DNA of 64,000 nucleotides from Seison nebaliae (Eukaryota): NCBI GenBank assembly GCA_023231475.1, contig JALJEE010002909.1, positions 1 to 64,000 of the forward strand, read 5' to 3'. Shown piece by piece: positions 10,852 to 21,317 of this stretch (position 1 is its first letter; each line of letters starts with the position of its first letter). The notes under the pieces were generated by a model. It saw only the letters and a program-made list of their open reading frames with translations, ran no database searches and was not told where the DNA came from. The position numbers and the translations under genes were made by a program.

Positions 10852-13044
10852 ATGGATGGCGATAAAGTGAGAGGGAAGAAATACGAGGGATGTCCTATAT
10901 TTAACGAACCGGTGAGTGATCTGAATAAATGGAATTTGAGGAATGTTAATGGTCGACAGACTTGGTATTATGGTGAGGGAGATGGTAGGCAAACGATGTT
11001 GGAATATCATTCATTGGGAATGCCAACGGAATCATTCCATCCTGCCACTCCTTATAGTAAGTCGGTGAGAGAGGCAGCAGAGAAAGGCGTTCATTTCTAT
11101 ACAGCAATTCAAGCGGAAGATGGTCATTGGGCTGGTGATTATGGTGGTCCTTTGTTTTTGATGCCAGGACTAATTATCACTTATCATGTATGTGGAATGG
11201 AATTCGAGGAAGTTCAACGGAAAGAAATGATTCGTTATTTACGATCAGTTCAATGTGAAAATGGTGGTTGGGGATTACATATCGCAGGTAAGCCAACGGT
11301 TTTCGGTTGTACCTTAAATTATGTGTCTATGAGATTATTGGGCGTGGACGGGAAAGATAAAGATCTTGTTAAATGTCGGGATATTCTCTTGTCGTTAGGA
11401 GGAGCAGAAGCCATTCCATCCTGGGGTAAATTTTGGTTATGTGTAGCGAATTTATATGAATATGATGGAATGCATTCCATTTTACCGGAATTATGGTTAG
11501 CACCAGAATGGCTGCCAATTCATCCGAGTAAAATGTGGTGTCATTGTCGACAGGTTTATCTCCCCATGTCTTATTGTTATGGGAAGAGAATTAAAGGACA
11601 AGTAACGAATATAATTAAAGAGTTACGAAAGGAAATTTTCAAAAGTGAATACCATCAAATTAATTGGGCAAAACAACGAAACAACGTCGCTAAAACTGAT
11701 CTGTATACGCCACATTCATGGATGTTGGACATTTCGTTCGTCTTTCTCGATCAATATGAGAAATACCATTTGAGTTCGTGGAGAGATGAGAGTCTCAAAC
11801 GGATTTATCAACATATCATTGCTGATGATAATTTCACCGATGCCATTTCCATCGGACCGATATCGAAGACGATTAATATGCTCGTTCGATGGTCAGTTGA
11901 TGGTGGCGACTCCGTGTCATTCTTAAGACATGTAAATCGTGTTCGCGATTATTTATGGATGGGTGTCGATGGAATGAAAATGACAGGTACAAATGGCTCC
12001 CAATTATGGGACACGGCGTTGGCAGTTCAAGCGATTTTGGAGAAACAAAAATATTCGACTAATGAAAAAGTGACGAATTCGATGGAGAAAGCGAAAAGCT
12101 TTCTACTCAATACTCAAATGTTAGATAGTTTACCTGATGGAGATAAATATTATCGTCATTCACCGCTCGGTGGATTTCCGTTTTCAACAAAAGAATGTGG
12201 ATGGATTGTTGCCGATTGTACTGCAGAAGGATTGAAAGCTCTTCTCCAACTCAAAGAGAATGGACGAGAAATCGATGTTGATCGAATAATTATGGCGATC
12301 GATTGTCTATTAGGAATGAGGAATGATGATGGTGGATGGGCGACATACGAGAAGAAACGAGGAGGATATTTTCTTGAGAATTTAAATCCATCTGAAGTAT
12401 TCGGAGATATCATGATCGATTACACATACACCGAATGTACATCAGCTGTTATTCAAGCGTTCATCAAAGCAAAAAAATCAACAGACATTTCCATTCGATC
12501 TTATAAGAGGAAAGACATCGATCAAATGATTAGTGAGGGACTCAAATTCATTTCAGATAAACAACGACCAGATGGGTCATTTGAAGGAAGTTGGGGCATT
12601 TGCTTCACTTATGGCTTCTGGTTCGCAATGGAAGCGTTCGGTGCCAATGGCGATAATTGGTCGTCTATAAATCTCGTTACAACAATTCGACGTGCTTGCA
12701 ATTTCATTACAGAACGACAACGTCCTGATGGTGGTTGGAGTGAAGCGTTTGCGTCATGTGAGAAACGATATTATATCGAAACAGATGAAAGTCAAATTAT
12801 TGCAACTTGTTGGGCGTTATTGGGATTGATGGCAGTGAAATTTCCCAATCGCTCCATTATCGACAAAGGAATCGATCTTATTCGAACGAGACAATTACCT
12901 AACGGCGATTGGCCACAAGAAGACATTTCTGGAGTCTTCAACAAATCTTGTGCCATCTCCTACACGGCATATCGGAACGTTTTCCCCATTTGGACTTTAA
13001 ATCGATATGCGAAAATTTATCGATTGTCATCGTCCTTGAATTGA
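10852..13044 (+). CDS. LSS: Oxidosqualene cyclase, lanosterol synthase type; intronless
   Basis: 730 aa; catalytic DCTAE, QW repeats (QAEDGHW, QCENGGW, QRPDGGW, QLPNGDW), MWCHCR, GTNGSQLWD. Confidence 0.97.
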   Translation: MDGDKVRGKKYEGCPIFNEPVSDLNKWNLRNVNGRQTWYYGEGDGRQTMLEYHSLGMPTESFHPATPYSKSVREAAEKGVHFYTAIQAEDGHWAGDYGGPLFLMPGLIITYHVCGMEFEEVQRKEMIRYLRSVQCENGGWGLHIAGKPTVFGCTLNYVSMRLLGVDGKDKDLVKCRDILLSLGGAEAIPSWGKFWLCVANLYEYDGMHSILPELWLAPEWLPIHPSKMWCHCRQVYLPMSYCYGKRIKGQVTNIIKELRKEIFKSEYHQINWAKQRNNVAKTDLYTPHSWMLDISFVFLDQYEKYHLSSWRDESLKRIYQHIIADDNFTDAISIGPISKTINMLVRWSVDGGDSVSFLRHVNRVRDYLWMGVDGMKMTGTNGSQLWDTALAVQAILEKQKYSTNEKVTNSMEKAKSFLLNTQMLDSLPDGDKYYRHSPLGGFPFSTKECGWIVADCTAEGLKALLQLKENGREIDVDRIIMAIDCLLGMRNDDGGWATYEKKRGGYFLENLNPSEVFGDIMIDYTYTECTSAVIQAFIKAKKSTDISIRSYKRKDIDQMISEGLKFISDKQRPDGSFEGSWGICFTYGFWFAMEAFGANGDNWSSINLVTTIRRACNFITERQRPDGGWSEAFASCEKRYYIETDESQIIATCWALLGLMAVKFPNRSIIDKGIDLIRTRQLPNGDWPQEDISGVFNKSCAISYTAYRNVFPIWTLNRYAKIYRLSSSLN

Positions 13045-14029
13045 ATTCCATCCATTAAAACTAATTATTCTTCACTCATCATTTAATTTTCTCATATTCT
13101 CATATCTCCATTCATTACCAAATAAATATTCATCAATCAAATTCCTCTCTTTTCTTTTATACTTTTCATCATTTTTTCATATATTGAGAGATTAATAAAG
13201 ATAGATAAAGTCTATTATTCCAACTTCATAGCAGTTGATTCCCAAACACATTTTAATTCTTACTTCCGTTATTTCAACATTCTTTAATCTTTCGTTCAAT
13301 AAAATGTTTGATAGATTGAGCATAGACTCAATAACGTCGAACTTCTTGAAAGTTTTTCTATATAAATCTGGAAAACAATTCCATACTTCCAGTATTGCCA
13401 ACAATTCCAATAAAACTTCGGAATCGTCGAGACCGATATCCAGATTGGGACCCATTACTGACGTGATTTGGAAGCTCGGGTCGAACTTAAACGAGTAGGA
13501 GAGATGTGGAGTAATCGTAAGATGAAAACCAAATTTACAATGATTGTTAGAATGTTCTCTTAATGAAACAAGATATGGTTGCGTCACGGCAATTAAATAA
13601 ATAGACAACCAACCTCAACCGATTTAACATTACCCGATTGAACATTAACTCACTCGGATGCCAATCCAGTAACATCTGATTAATGTGAGATTGCGGAACC
13701 TTCGCGAAGTAGGAGTATGTATAGCTCGCGAAGGGAAAATGTCTGGAATTTTTCATTTATTAAAAGGGAGACGAAGAAATTAATTTCCCTTCGCCCTTCG
13801 TATCCCCATCACTACGCCGCAGTCGAGAAGCATCACTATAAAACCATTTGTCAGATCCCAAAACTTTACACACGTCAGTCAATCCAGCACAGCTGTGTTC
13901 AAAAGTAATCGGATATAATTCGTTTTTTTTTAAATACTCAAAACTTTCTTCAAACACCATTATGTGCGTAAAATAGAATACCGCTAGATAGCCATATTCA
14001 AGCAGTTTTTAACCGGTCTATTACGGTTT

Positions 14030-14223
14030 TCACGTTTGAATGACGGTAACCAAATATTCTTTTCTACGATCAGAAGTTATCTTTCCACTCTTACAAATTC
14101 GTTCAACTGTCCCCAAAGAGACACCAAATTCCTTGGAAACATCCCTCATGGTCTTTTTGGCTTTGTAGACCTGTAAAATTCCATAGGGCAAGTCTTCATC
14201 TACTTTTTTTTTGATTTAACCAT
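14030..14223 (-). mobile_element. Degenerate Tc1/mariner/IS630-type transposase N-terminal HTH remnant
   Basis: After a frameshift in the A9 run (14204-14212) the minus strand reads MVKSKK/VDEDLPYGILQVYKAKKTMRDVSKEFGVSLGTVERICKSG, a classic HTH. No DDE domain or paired TIR found. Confidence 0.5.
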
Positions 14224-14540
14224 CTTAAAATTAAGCACGTTTTATTTCAGAACAATTCAATCCTTAATATCCCTAAAAATAAGGCTAAAACATGTCCCAG
14301 AATTTATGAATTTTTTTTTGAAGCGTTTCCGCATAATACATGGGAATTGCTATTTTCCACAATTTATGAAAAACAATGTAAACCATCCCTAATAACACCA
14401 TTCACCCAGGAAATTGCAGGTGGTGTATATGTATTAGGGTATATGTATGTGTTCTTATAAGAACAATATGTAATGATTTTTTTCATAAAGAAATAATCAG
14501 ATTAAAAACGGAAGGATGTTTTTTTTTATTTTTTTTACAA

Positions 14541-15002
14541 ATGGTTCATTTTGTCAATTTGTCAATTTTCTTCGTCTTCTTATCGTTCTCAATATACGAT
14601 TGTACCATAACATTACTTATGGACGAGGAGGTGTTTTTGATGGAAGTAAATAAACAAATTGGAGATTTTGTCAGCGGAGCATAAGAGCTATCTATGGATG
14701 AGGTAGATGCTTTATACGACAGACAACGACAATTATTAAACTATAGTCGGAAAGTACATTTGGAAAGACGACAGGATTGCATGGACAGCAACCATCTTGT
14801 ATCTGCTTCGCCATCTTACTCAGTTTCCTCTGACTCTTCATAGTCCTCAAACTGCTCACATTCCCCACGTTCATAGGATTCCAATGAATGACGTAATCGT
14901 TTTGATAACTCATATTATTGATAACCGTCATACAATCGTTGAATCTCAGACGACTATGAAGCAATTCGTCCGATAATTAAACACCTCCAAACTCTCCTCA
15001 AA
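14541..15002 (+). pseudogene. Decayed copy of the secreted protein gene at 15821-16273
   Basis: MVHFVNLSIFFVFLSFSIYDC vs MGQLVNFSILLIFLSFSMYIC; in-frame stops at 14682, 14841, 14874; identical 21-mer CACCTCCAAACTCTCCTCAAA at 14982-15002 and 16248-16268. Confidence 0.8.
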
Positions 15003-15199
15003 TACAGAACATAGCTTGACCTAACAGAATATAACCAAATACAGAACTTTCCATATTGTTGAATTAATAGAAAATGAGTAGAATAGAATTATCTTACAAT
15101 TATTGTTATGAGATGTAGAAAACAATTATCTAATCAAAAATTGATTATCTATTTCAAAATTAGTAGAAAATAATAAAATTTTAATTTTTTTCTATTCAT

Positions 15200-15493
15200 A
15201 GCGAATTCCCACGGTATAAATTAAAAAGAAAAAAAGATAACCCAATAAATGATAAAAAGAGGAGTTATTTAAAATACGATTACTATTCGGTATAGTAGAA
15301 TCCTTGAGTACATCTTTGCGAAATAACGTACCCTGCACCTCGATAGAGTCATATTGGGGCGTGCGTAACACAGTGGTTTATGCACGTTCCCAACGCCACA
15401 ACGATGGGACATACGTCTCACGCAAGGTAGAGATCTCCTACCACTGACCGTAAAGGAGATCGATCAAAAAATTTATCCGACGGGAATTTCACT
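15200..15493 (+). ncRNA. Candidate structured RNA or small SINE/MITE-like element with kissing-loop potential
   Basis: GC-richer island with hairpins 15354-15393, 15405-15420, 15432-15461; loop complementarity 15371-15377/15440-15446; imperfect inverted ends 15200-15222/15470-15493; A-rich tail. No known family recognised. Confidence 0.4.
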
Positions 15494-15820
15494 TAAAAAA
15501 AAAGAAAATAATAATAATCAATAATCAAACAGGACAAGAAAGAATGAGATATTATTAAAGTGGAGATATGGAAAATCGACGACAATGAGTACAATCTCTT
15601 TCAGAATTTCCATCGACATCTACGGTGTTATGCTTTTGAAAAAACTAGTTTTGAGAAACATAATAAGGTGGAAATTGGGAGAATGGAAATGAATTGAAAT
15701 AGAATTCAATTCGTTTCGACTTAAAAGTAATGAAAATTCGTCTATAAAAAGCCCAGATTTTTCATAGTCATCACGTTTTTTAGTTTATTTTATTTGTTTC
15801 ATATTTTTTGTTTGTTATAA

Positions 15821-16273
15821 ATGGGTCAATTAGTCAATTTCTCGATCTTGCTAATCTTTCTATCGTTCTCAATGTACATTTGTGACCTGGATGAACTTGC
15901 TGAAAAAAAGATGGAATTGAGGGAAGTAAGTAAAAAACTTCGAGAGGCATTGGATCCAGATAATGAAGAGATTACTTTAGACGAGATAAATACATTAAGC
16001 TTCAGAGAACGTGATTTGCGAATGGAAGTTGCGACTCTTCAACGGATAGCAGACCGAGCTCGGTATAACCGAATAAGAGGTAGGCGTGAATCGGCCTCCT
16101 CCTCAAGCTCCTCCTCAAGCTACTCCTCAAGCGGCTCTTCACGCTCCTCATATTCTTCAGATTCCGATTATGGAGATGCCGATGCTAATATTATCGGTGG
16201 TTACCAATTACAGAATGGTCGTGTTAGAAGAGTTTCAATGGAAGCACCACCTCCAAACTCTCCTCAAAATTAA
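15821..16273 (+). CDS. Orphan secreted protein (signal peptide, coiled coil, Ser-rich tract)
   Basis: 150-aa intronless ORF with hydrophobic N-terminus; TATAAAA at about 15743; a decayed paralog upstream supports it as a real gene. Confidence 0.7.
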   Translation: MGQLVNFSILLIFLSFSMYICDLDELAEKKMELREVSKKLREALDPDNEEITLDEINTLSFRERDLRMEVATLQRIADRARYNRIRGRRESASSSSSSSSYSSSGSSRSSYSSDSDYGDADANIIGGYQLQNGRVRRVSMEAPPPNSPQN

Positions 16274-16737
16274 AAAATAGTTCGGAGTCGACGACTGCAG
16301 GAAAACAACAAAGTCCACTCACAATTATTCCCGCACTAATCGTTCTACTAAACAATCAATAATTTGAATACGAAATTATTTATAATATTTCGATGGCAAA
16401 TAAAATATGGATATAAATTTTGTTAAAATTAAATTTCATTGTGTATTGAATGGATAGCATTCGATATAAAATTCGTTCGATCATGAACTAAATTATTTAT
16501 TGACCAAACAAAAATTTCATTAGTAAATCAAAAGGAAGAGTGATAGAGAACGATTAATAATTATGATAACGGATGGAAAAGAGAATAAGGAAAAAAAGAT
16601 ATTTTTTTAATTGAAAATTAGAATTAATAATTTTAAATTAGAAAGAAGAGAAAGTGTTAATAGTTAATTAAATTAGAGATATGAAAATCGGTTACAATGA
16701 ATAATGGATTAAATGAATACTGTAAAGTTCCGTCATC

Positions 16738-19335
16738 TTAACTGTCGATGGTCATAATTGCAACGTCGTTTAATAAAGCGGAGCGATATTCGGAATATTC
16801 GGAATTGCAATCGCATAAAATCGTCTCCAACAGATTTTGGATGACGGAAAGAATAGTTTTCGTTTGCCAATCATATTCGATGGAATAATCACCGTTAATG
16901 AATTGTTCGATCGATTCATATGAGATCGATGATTGCATGATGAATTGACGAATATGTGGATTTTGGAAGGCGTACGTCAAACCGCAAATGAACGTATCTA
17001 CAGAATTTCGATGCCATGACTGACTGGTAGAGAAATAAGCGATGGAATTATTTATCCAGATCATGAGAGACATGGCATATTCCAGGAATTTATCCGCTTC
17101 ATTATTCTTCAATTGTTGTCGAAAATGAATGGATTTGACAACGAGATTCTTACATACATTACTTAACGACACTTGAACACCATCTTTCATTAGAAGATGA
17201 TTGGATTGATTAGGAGAAATAATCAACATCTGTCGTAAAGCCATCATTATTGGTTTGGTATGAGAAATGATTAATTGATCAAATAATTCGATGGCGAAGA
17301 AATTGGCCATAAATCTCAAAATCAACATTTTCGTTGGAATCATTCCTTCAATCGTCTCACCTAATTCATTCTGTTCTTTCATCGCCAAATTATTCGACAT
17401 TAATTCCAATAATTTATTTGTCGATTCGATTTGCACTTTCAAATATTTCTGCACTTCCGGTGCAGTTACGACAATTCGAAGTGTATCCAACATGGGAAAT
17501 GTATTGGGAGTTCGATAGGTTTGGAGGAAGCGCAAAATTTTCTGCATGACGCGACCCACTAATGGCTCGTCATTCTCTAACGATTCTTTCGCCATTACTT
17601 TCCTGCAGAAATCTTTTAATTCCATAATCTCATCATCGTTCTTGAAAAATTGATTCATCGTATTGATCTCTTTCAATTTGGCGAACATCCGATCTAAATT
17701 GGCGGAGATTTGTCGATTGAAAATGATGGGCAATTTCTCCATTTTCTCCACAACGAAATGTTGTTCGGTCGGATTGGAAGTGTCGTTTGAATATTTCTTG
17801 GAATTCGTTCGAATAAATTGAACGATCTGATCAAGAAATGAAGAATTCAATTGATGTTTATTAATGAATTTTCTCGCTACTTCCCACTCGTCATCCTCCA
17901 AATTATATGGCAATGGTAATGTTGGACTGTCGTCAGCGATATTGACTTGAAATACGAAATCATAATATTTTCCGTCACCGTCATGTCGTACACGATTGGA
18001 ATTATTTGGCTGATTCACTTTACTGTTATCGGCCGCCTCTCCTAAAATGTTTCCCATTCGAATCCATTTCAGTTCATGATATTGATATGCGACTGGAACG
18101 TTATTCTCATCAATGACATGTACATCTCCTTCCTTCATCGTGGTCAATTTCTCCAATTGATCTAATGTCAATAATTCTCCCAATTGTTCCTTCCAATTTC
18201 CAGGAGATGATTCCGTCGTTCCACCACTTCCCTCCTTATCTTTTGATGATTTTAATAATTTATTGATAGATTCATTCATCGATTCTAATTCCTTCGTCAA
18301 TGCATATTCGGTGGAATTGTTCGTGAATATTCTAATGGAATAATCAGAGAGTCCCACAGCAATTCGACTTTCTGATAAACGAATACAACACCAAGCGGAA
18401 ATGGCGGGTAAATCGATTCGTTGGAATAATTTTCCTTTTTTCCAAATAATCATCGAATGTTCTTCTCCCACCGAAATGAAATTCAAATCATCATTATTAT
18501 CATTGAATGGTATGACGTCGTAAATGAATGATCGATGTCCACTCATGATCTTTTTCAATTGTCTCGTCTCCAAATCCCAACAACGGATCAATAAATCATT
18601 GGATGCCGCTAACAAATATCGATTAGCGATGAAACAAATCGATCGTACACAATTCTCACATTTCAATGAATGCATCGGTTGGAATGAATATTCATTTTTT
18701 CCTTCCCATAAAATTATATTTCCATCAGCTGATGCCGATGCGAAATGATAAGGAAATTTTTCACCGTTTTTTTTCCATTTAAACGATTTCACCTTCCAGA
18801 TCGCTGCTGAGTGATGAGTGAGAGAATTGACATAATTGAATGTCTCCAAATTCCAGATGATAATCTGATGATCCCAACCACCACTAATCAGTAATGACGT
18901 TTCATCTAATTGAGTGAGACAACTGATTGCATTTTCATGTTTCTCCAATTTTTTCACTTCCTCCAATCGCAAATTGAAGACTTTAATCGATTTGTCATTT
19001 GATCCACTCACAATATAATTCACATCATTCTCCATTTTCATATGACAAACGGAACTGATATAATTGTCGTGACATTTCCCCTTGAAAATTTCACAAACAA
19101 ATTCCGTTTTATTATCATCTTTTCTCTTCCATAAACCGATGGATCGATCTCGTGAAACACTGACGAATCTTTCCTCTTCTCCTCCGCGGATTAAAGCGAG
19201 TGCACGAACATCACCTGAATGACCGAAAGCATTTCCACTAAACTGAAAGAGTTTTCCATCATTCATCTCCTTCTTCGTTAGGAGAGAATGAGAATTGTCA
19301 ATGTCCGTTCCCACTCTTCCATCAGACGACGACAT
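16738..19335 (-). CDS. PLAA: Phospholipase A2-activating protein (Doa1/Ufd3): WD40 + PFU + PUL; intronless
   Basis: GHSGDVRAL...SVSRDRS WD40 repeats; PFU motif GKYYDFVFQVNIADDSPTLPLPYN...FLDQIVQFI; PUL motif FPMLDTLR. Confidence 0.93.
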   Translation of the reverse strand: MSSSDGRVGTDIDNSHSLLTKKEMNDGKLFQFSGNAFGHSGDVRALALIRGGEEERFVSVSRDRSIGLWKRKDDNKTEFVCEIFKGKCHDNYISSVCHMKMENDVNYIVSGSNDKSIKVFNLRLEEVKKLEKHENAISCLTQLDETSLLISGGWDHQIIIWNLETFNYVNSLTHHSAAIWKVKSFKWKKNGEKFPYHFASASADGNIILWEGKNEYSFQPMHSLKCENCVRSICFIANRYLLAASNDLLIRCWDLETRQLKKIMSGHRSFIYDVIPFNDNNDDLNFISVGEEHSMIIWKKGKLFQRIDLPAISAWCCIRLSESRIAVGLSDYSIRIFTNNSTEYALTKELESMNESINKLLKSSKDKEGSGGTTESSPGNWKEQLGELLTLDQLEKLTTMKEGDVHVIDENNVPVAYQYHELKWIRMGNILGEAADNSKVNQPNNSNRVRHDGDGKYYDFVFQVNIADDSPTLPLPYNLEDDEWEVARKFINKHQLNSSFLDQIVQFIRTNSKKYSNDTSNPTEQHFVVEKMEKLPIIFNRQISANLDRMFAKLKEINTMNQFFKNDDEIMELKDFCRKVMAKESLENDEPLVGRVMQKILRFLQTYRTPNTFPMLDTLRIVVTAPEVQKYLKVQIESTNKLLELMSNNLAMKEQNELGETIEGMIPTKMLILRFMANFFAIELFDQLIISHTKPIMMALRQMLIISPNQSNHLLMKDGVQVSLSNVCKNLVVKSIHFRQQLKNNEADKFLEYAMSLMIWINNSIAYFSTSQSWHRNSVDTFICGLTYAFQNPHIRQFIMQSSISYESIEQFINGDYSIEYDWQTKTILSVIQNLLETILCDCNSEYSEYRSALLNDVAIMTIDS

Positions 19336-19689
19336 TTGAAATCGAATGAAAAATTTAATTTATAATTCAAACTATTTTCACTTTTCTTCTAGAAAAAATT
19401 TCTCTGACAATCAAGCTTCCAATCTAAAACTTTTCGTCATTCACATTAATCAATTTTATCATTTTCTTCTCTCTGTCAAACACTTGAAAAATCCCATTTC
19501 AAATCCCACAACAACAACATTATCATCATTGTCCAAATTATTTTCTTCATATCTTTTCCATTTTCACTTTATGGCAATATCTTGACTAACATTTCCTTTT
19601 GCCATTTATCTTTGAAAATGTTCAATTAATTCAAAATTCTCTCAAAATCTCTCTCAGATAATTTTCCCTGAAGTTCTTGTACGAAGATT

Positions 19690-20145
19690 ATGAAGTTGAA
19701 TCCATTCGTATCATCGTCACGACGAAAGAATCGTAAACGGCATTTTCAAGCACCATCGCACATCCGAAGGAAATTGATGTGTTGTCGATTATCTAGAGAT
19801 TTGCAGAAACAATACAACATGAAATCCATCCCAATCAATAAAGGTGATGAAGTGGATATCATCAAAGGATTATCCGAAGCGACAAGTAAGTCGATCAACG
19901 GCGGAAAAGTGAAAGCTGTTTATCGTAAGAAATTCGTCTTACATTTGGAACGATCTCAACGTGAGAAAGCGAATGGACAAAGTGTACAAGTCGGAATTCA
20001 ACCGGCGAACGTTGTTATAACGAAAGCGGTTGAGACGAAATATCGAAAACAATTATGGGCGAAACGAGCGAAATTGATGCAAGAGAAAGACAAATACGTC
20101 GATAAAGATGTCGATATTGCCAACACTTCAGACGTATCATCCTAA
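19690..20145 (+). CDS. RPL26: 60S ribosomal protein L26 (uL24)
   Basis: MKLNPFVSSSRRKNRKRHFQAPSHIRR, VYRKK, REKANG; head-to-head with PLAA (354 bp apart). Confidence 0.96.
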   Translation: MKLNPFVSSSRRKNRKRHFQAPSHIRRKLMCCRLSRDLQKQYNMKSIPINKGDEVDIIKGLSEATSKSINGGKVKAVYRKKFVLHLERSQREKANGQSVQVGIQPANVVITKAVETKYRKQLWAKRAKLMQEKDKYVDKDVDIANTSDVSS

Positions 20146-20591
20146 ATCGATAATAATTTATGTTATTTTCGTTTCATTTAAATAAAACAAAAATTTACCG
20201 AATCTACTCCACTTCTCTATCATCATTTCAATCATTATTTCTCTTATTGAAATTCCTTCCTATTTCTCCTATTCAAATCTCCATCCTCAAAATTTAAAGA
20301 GATTTCAATTCACTACTTTTTTTTTTAACGTATTTAGTCATTGATATTTAGAGACGGTTAAAATTGTTTTGTGAAATTCCACAACTTTCCCCCTAAATTT
20401 CCTTTTATTTTTGCGAATTTTATAGGAAAAATTATTAATAAGAATTTTTAATTAAATTAATTAGATAAGAATTAGATTAATTTTTTAGTTAAATTAATAC
20501 ATCGTTAATAATTCGTTAAATAAAACAATTAAATAATTATTTTCTATTTAAACTTTTTGAGAACAATCTAATTGTTCGATGAATCTTCTCA

Positions 20592-21317
20592 TTAACAAAC
20601 GCCACATTGTTTTGGACAGACTGATTTGTAGAAATCAGCCAATTCATTGATAGCAGATGTACAATAAGTACTATCCGTACATTTATCTTCGATATCTTCG
20701 CAAACTGTCGCACATTTCTCACATTGATGGGGACAACTGGCCTCATAAACTTTTCTTACTATATCGTCGGATACGGTACAGAGTGTGGCATCATTACATC
20801 CCGGATCATCAGGAAGAGAACAATCCAAATTGAATAACGGATCTGTTGTAGTTGGTATGGGAGTTGTCGTACTTTTTGTCGTGATGACGGTTGTGGGTGT
20901 TGTCGGATTATTGTTTGATAACCAGTTCGCATCATTTCTCGGATGATTACACCTTCCAATGGGGAATGTTAAACGAATTAATTTTATAAATAAATAACAT
21001 TTCTGTATCACAAATACAAATGGTTAATCGGTTCCTAATGGAACATTCTCCAGCTGTGATATCGTCTACATTCCATAATCCGATGGCACATTCCCTTCCG
21101 ATAATTTCTGAGACAGACAATTAGGATTCTTTTCTAATTTTTCTGAAAAAGTCCAACGATTCCCATCAAACTTCACGTAACAACGACCACCATTACATGG
21201 AACTGCACAATTCGTATCAATTACACAACCATGACAATAAGTGGCCGTACCATCAGAAAACGGTAGTAAAACCATCATGATTATCGAGAATAAAATAAAT
21301 TGGGTAAAATTATCCAT
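20592..21317 (-). CDS. Secreted protein: three-finger/Ly6-like Cys domain + Thr-rich linker + two ShKT domains
   Basis: Exons 21317-21158, 21107-20999, 20952-20592 in frame. Signal peptide, CHGC...CICDTEMCN, then two six-Cys units ending CPHQCEKC and CPKQCGVC. Confidence 0.75.

Noticed and set aside
14682..14876. In-frame TAA/TAG as possible stop-codon reassignment or readthrough
   Set aside because: Neighbouring conserved genes end normally at TAA/TGA, and this copy also has a frameshift, so a pseudogene explains it.
15311..15425. Resemblance of the structured element to a twister (TAACAC..TCCCAA.GC), HDV-like ribozyme (..ATGGGAC), U4 5' end (ATCTTTGCG) or tRNA
   Set aside because: The required P1/P2 pairings, U4 stem I and T-loop GTTCRA cannot be built, so it is left as an unknown structure.
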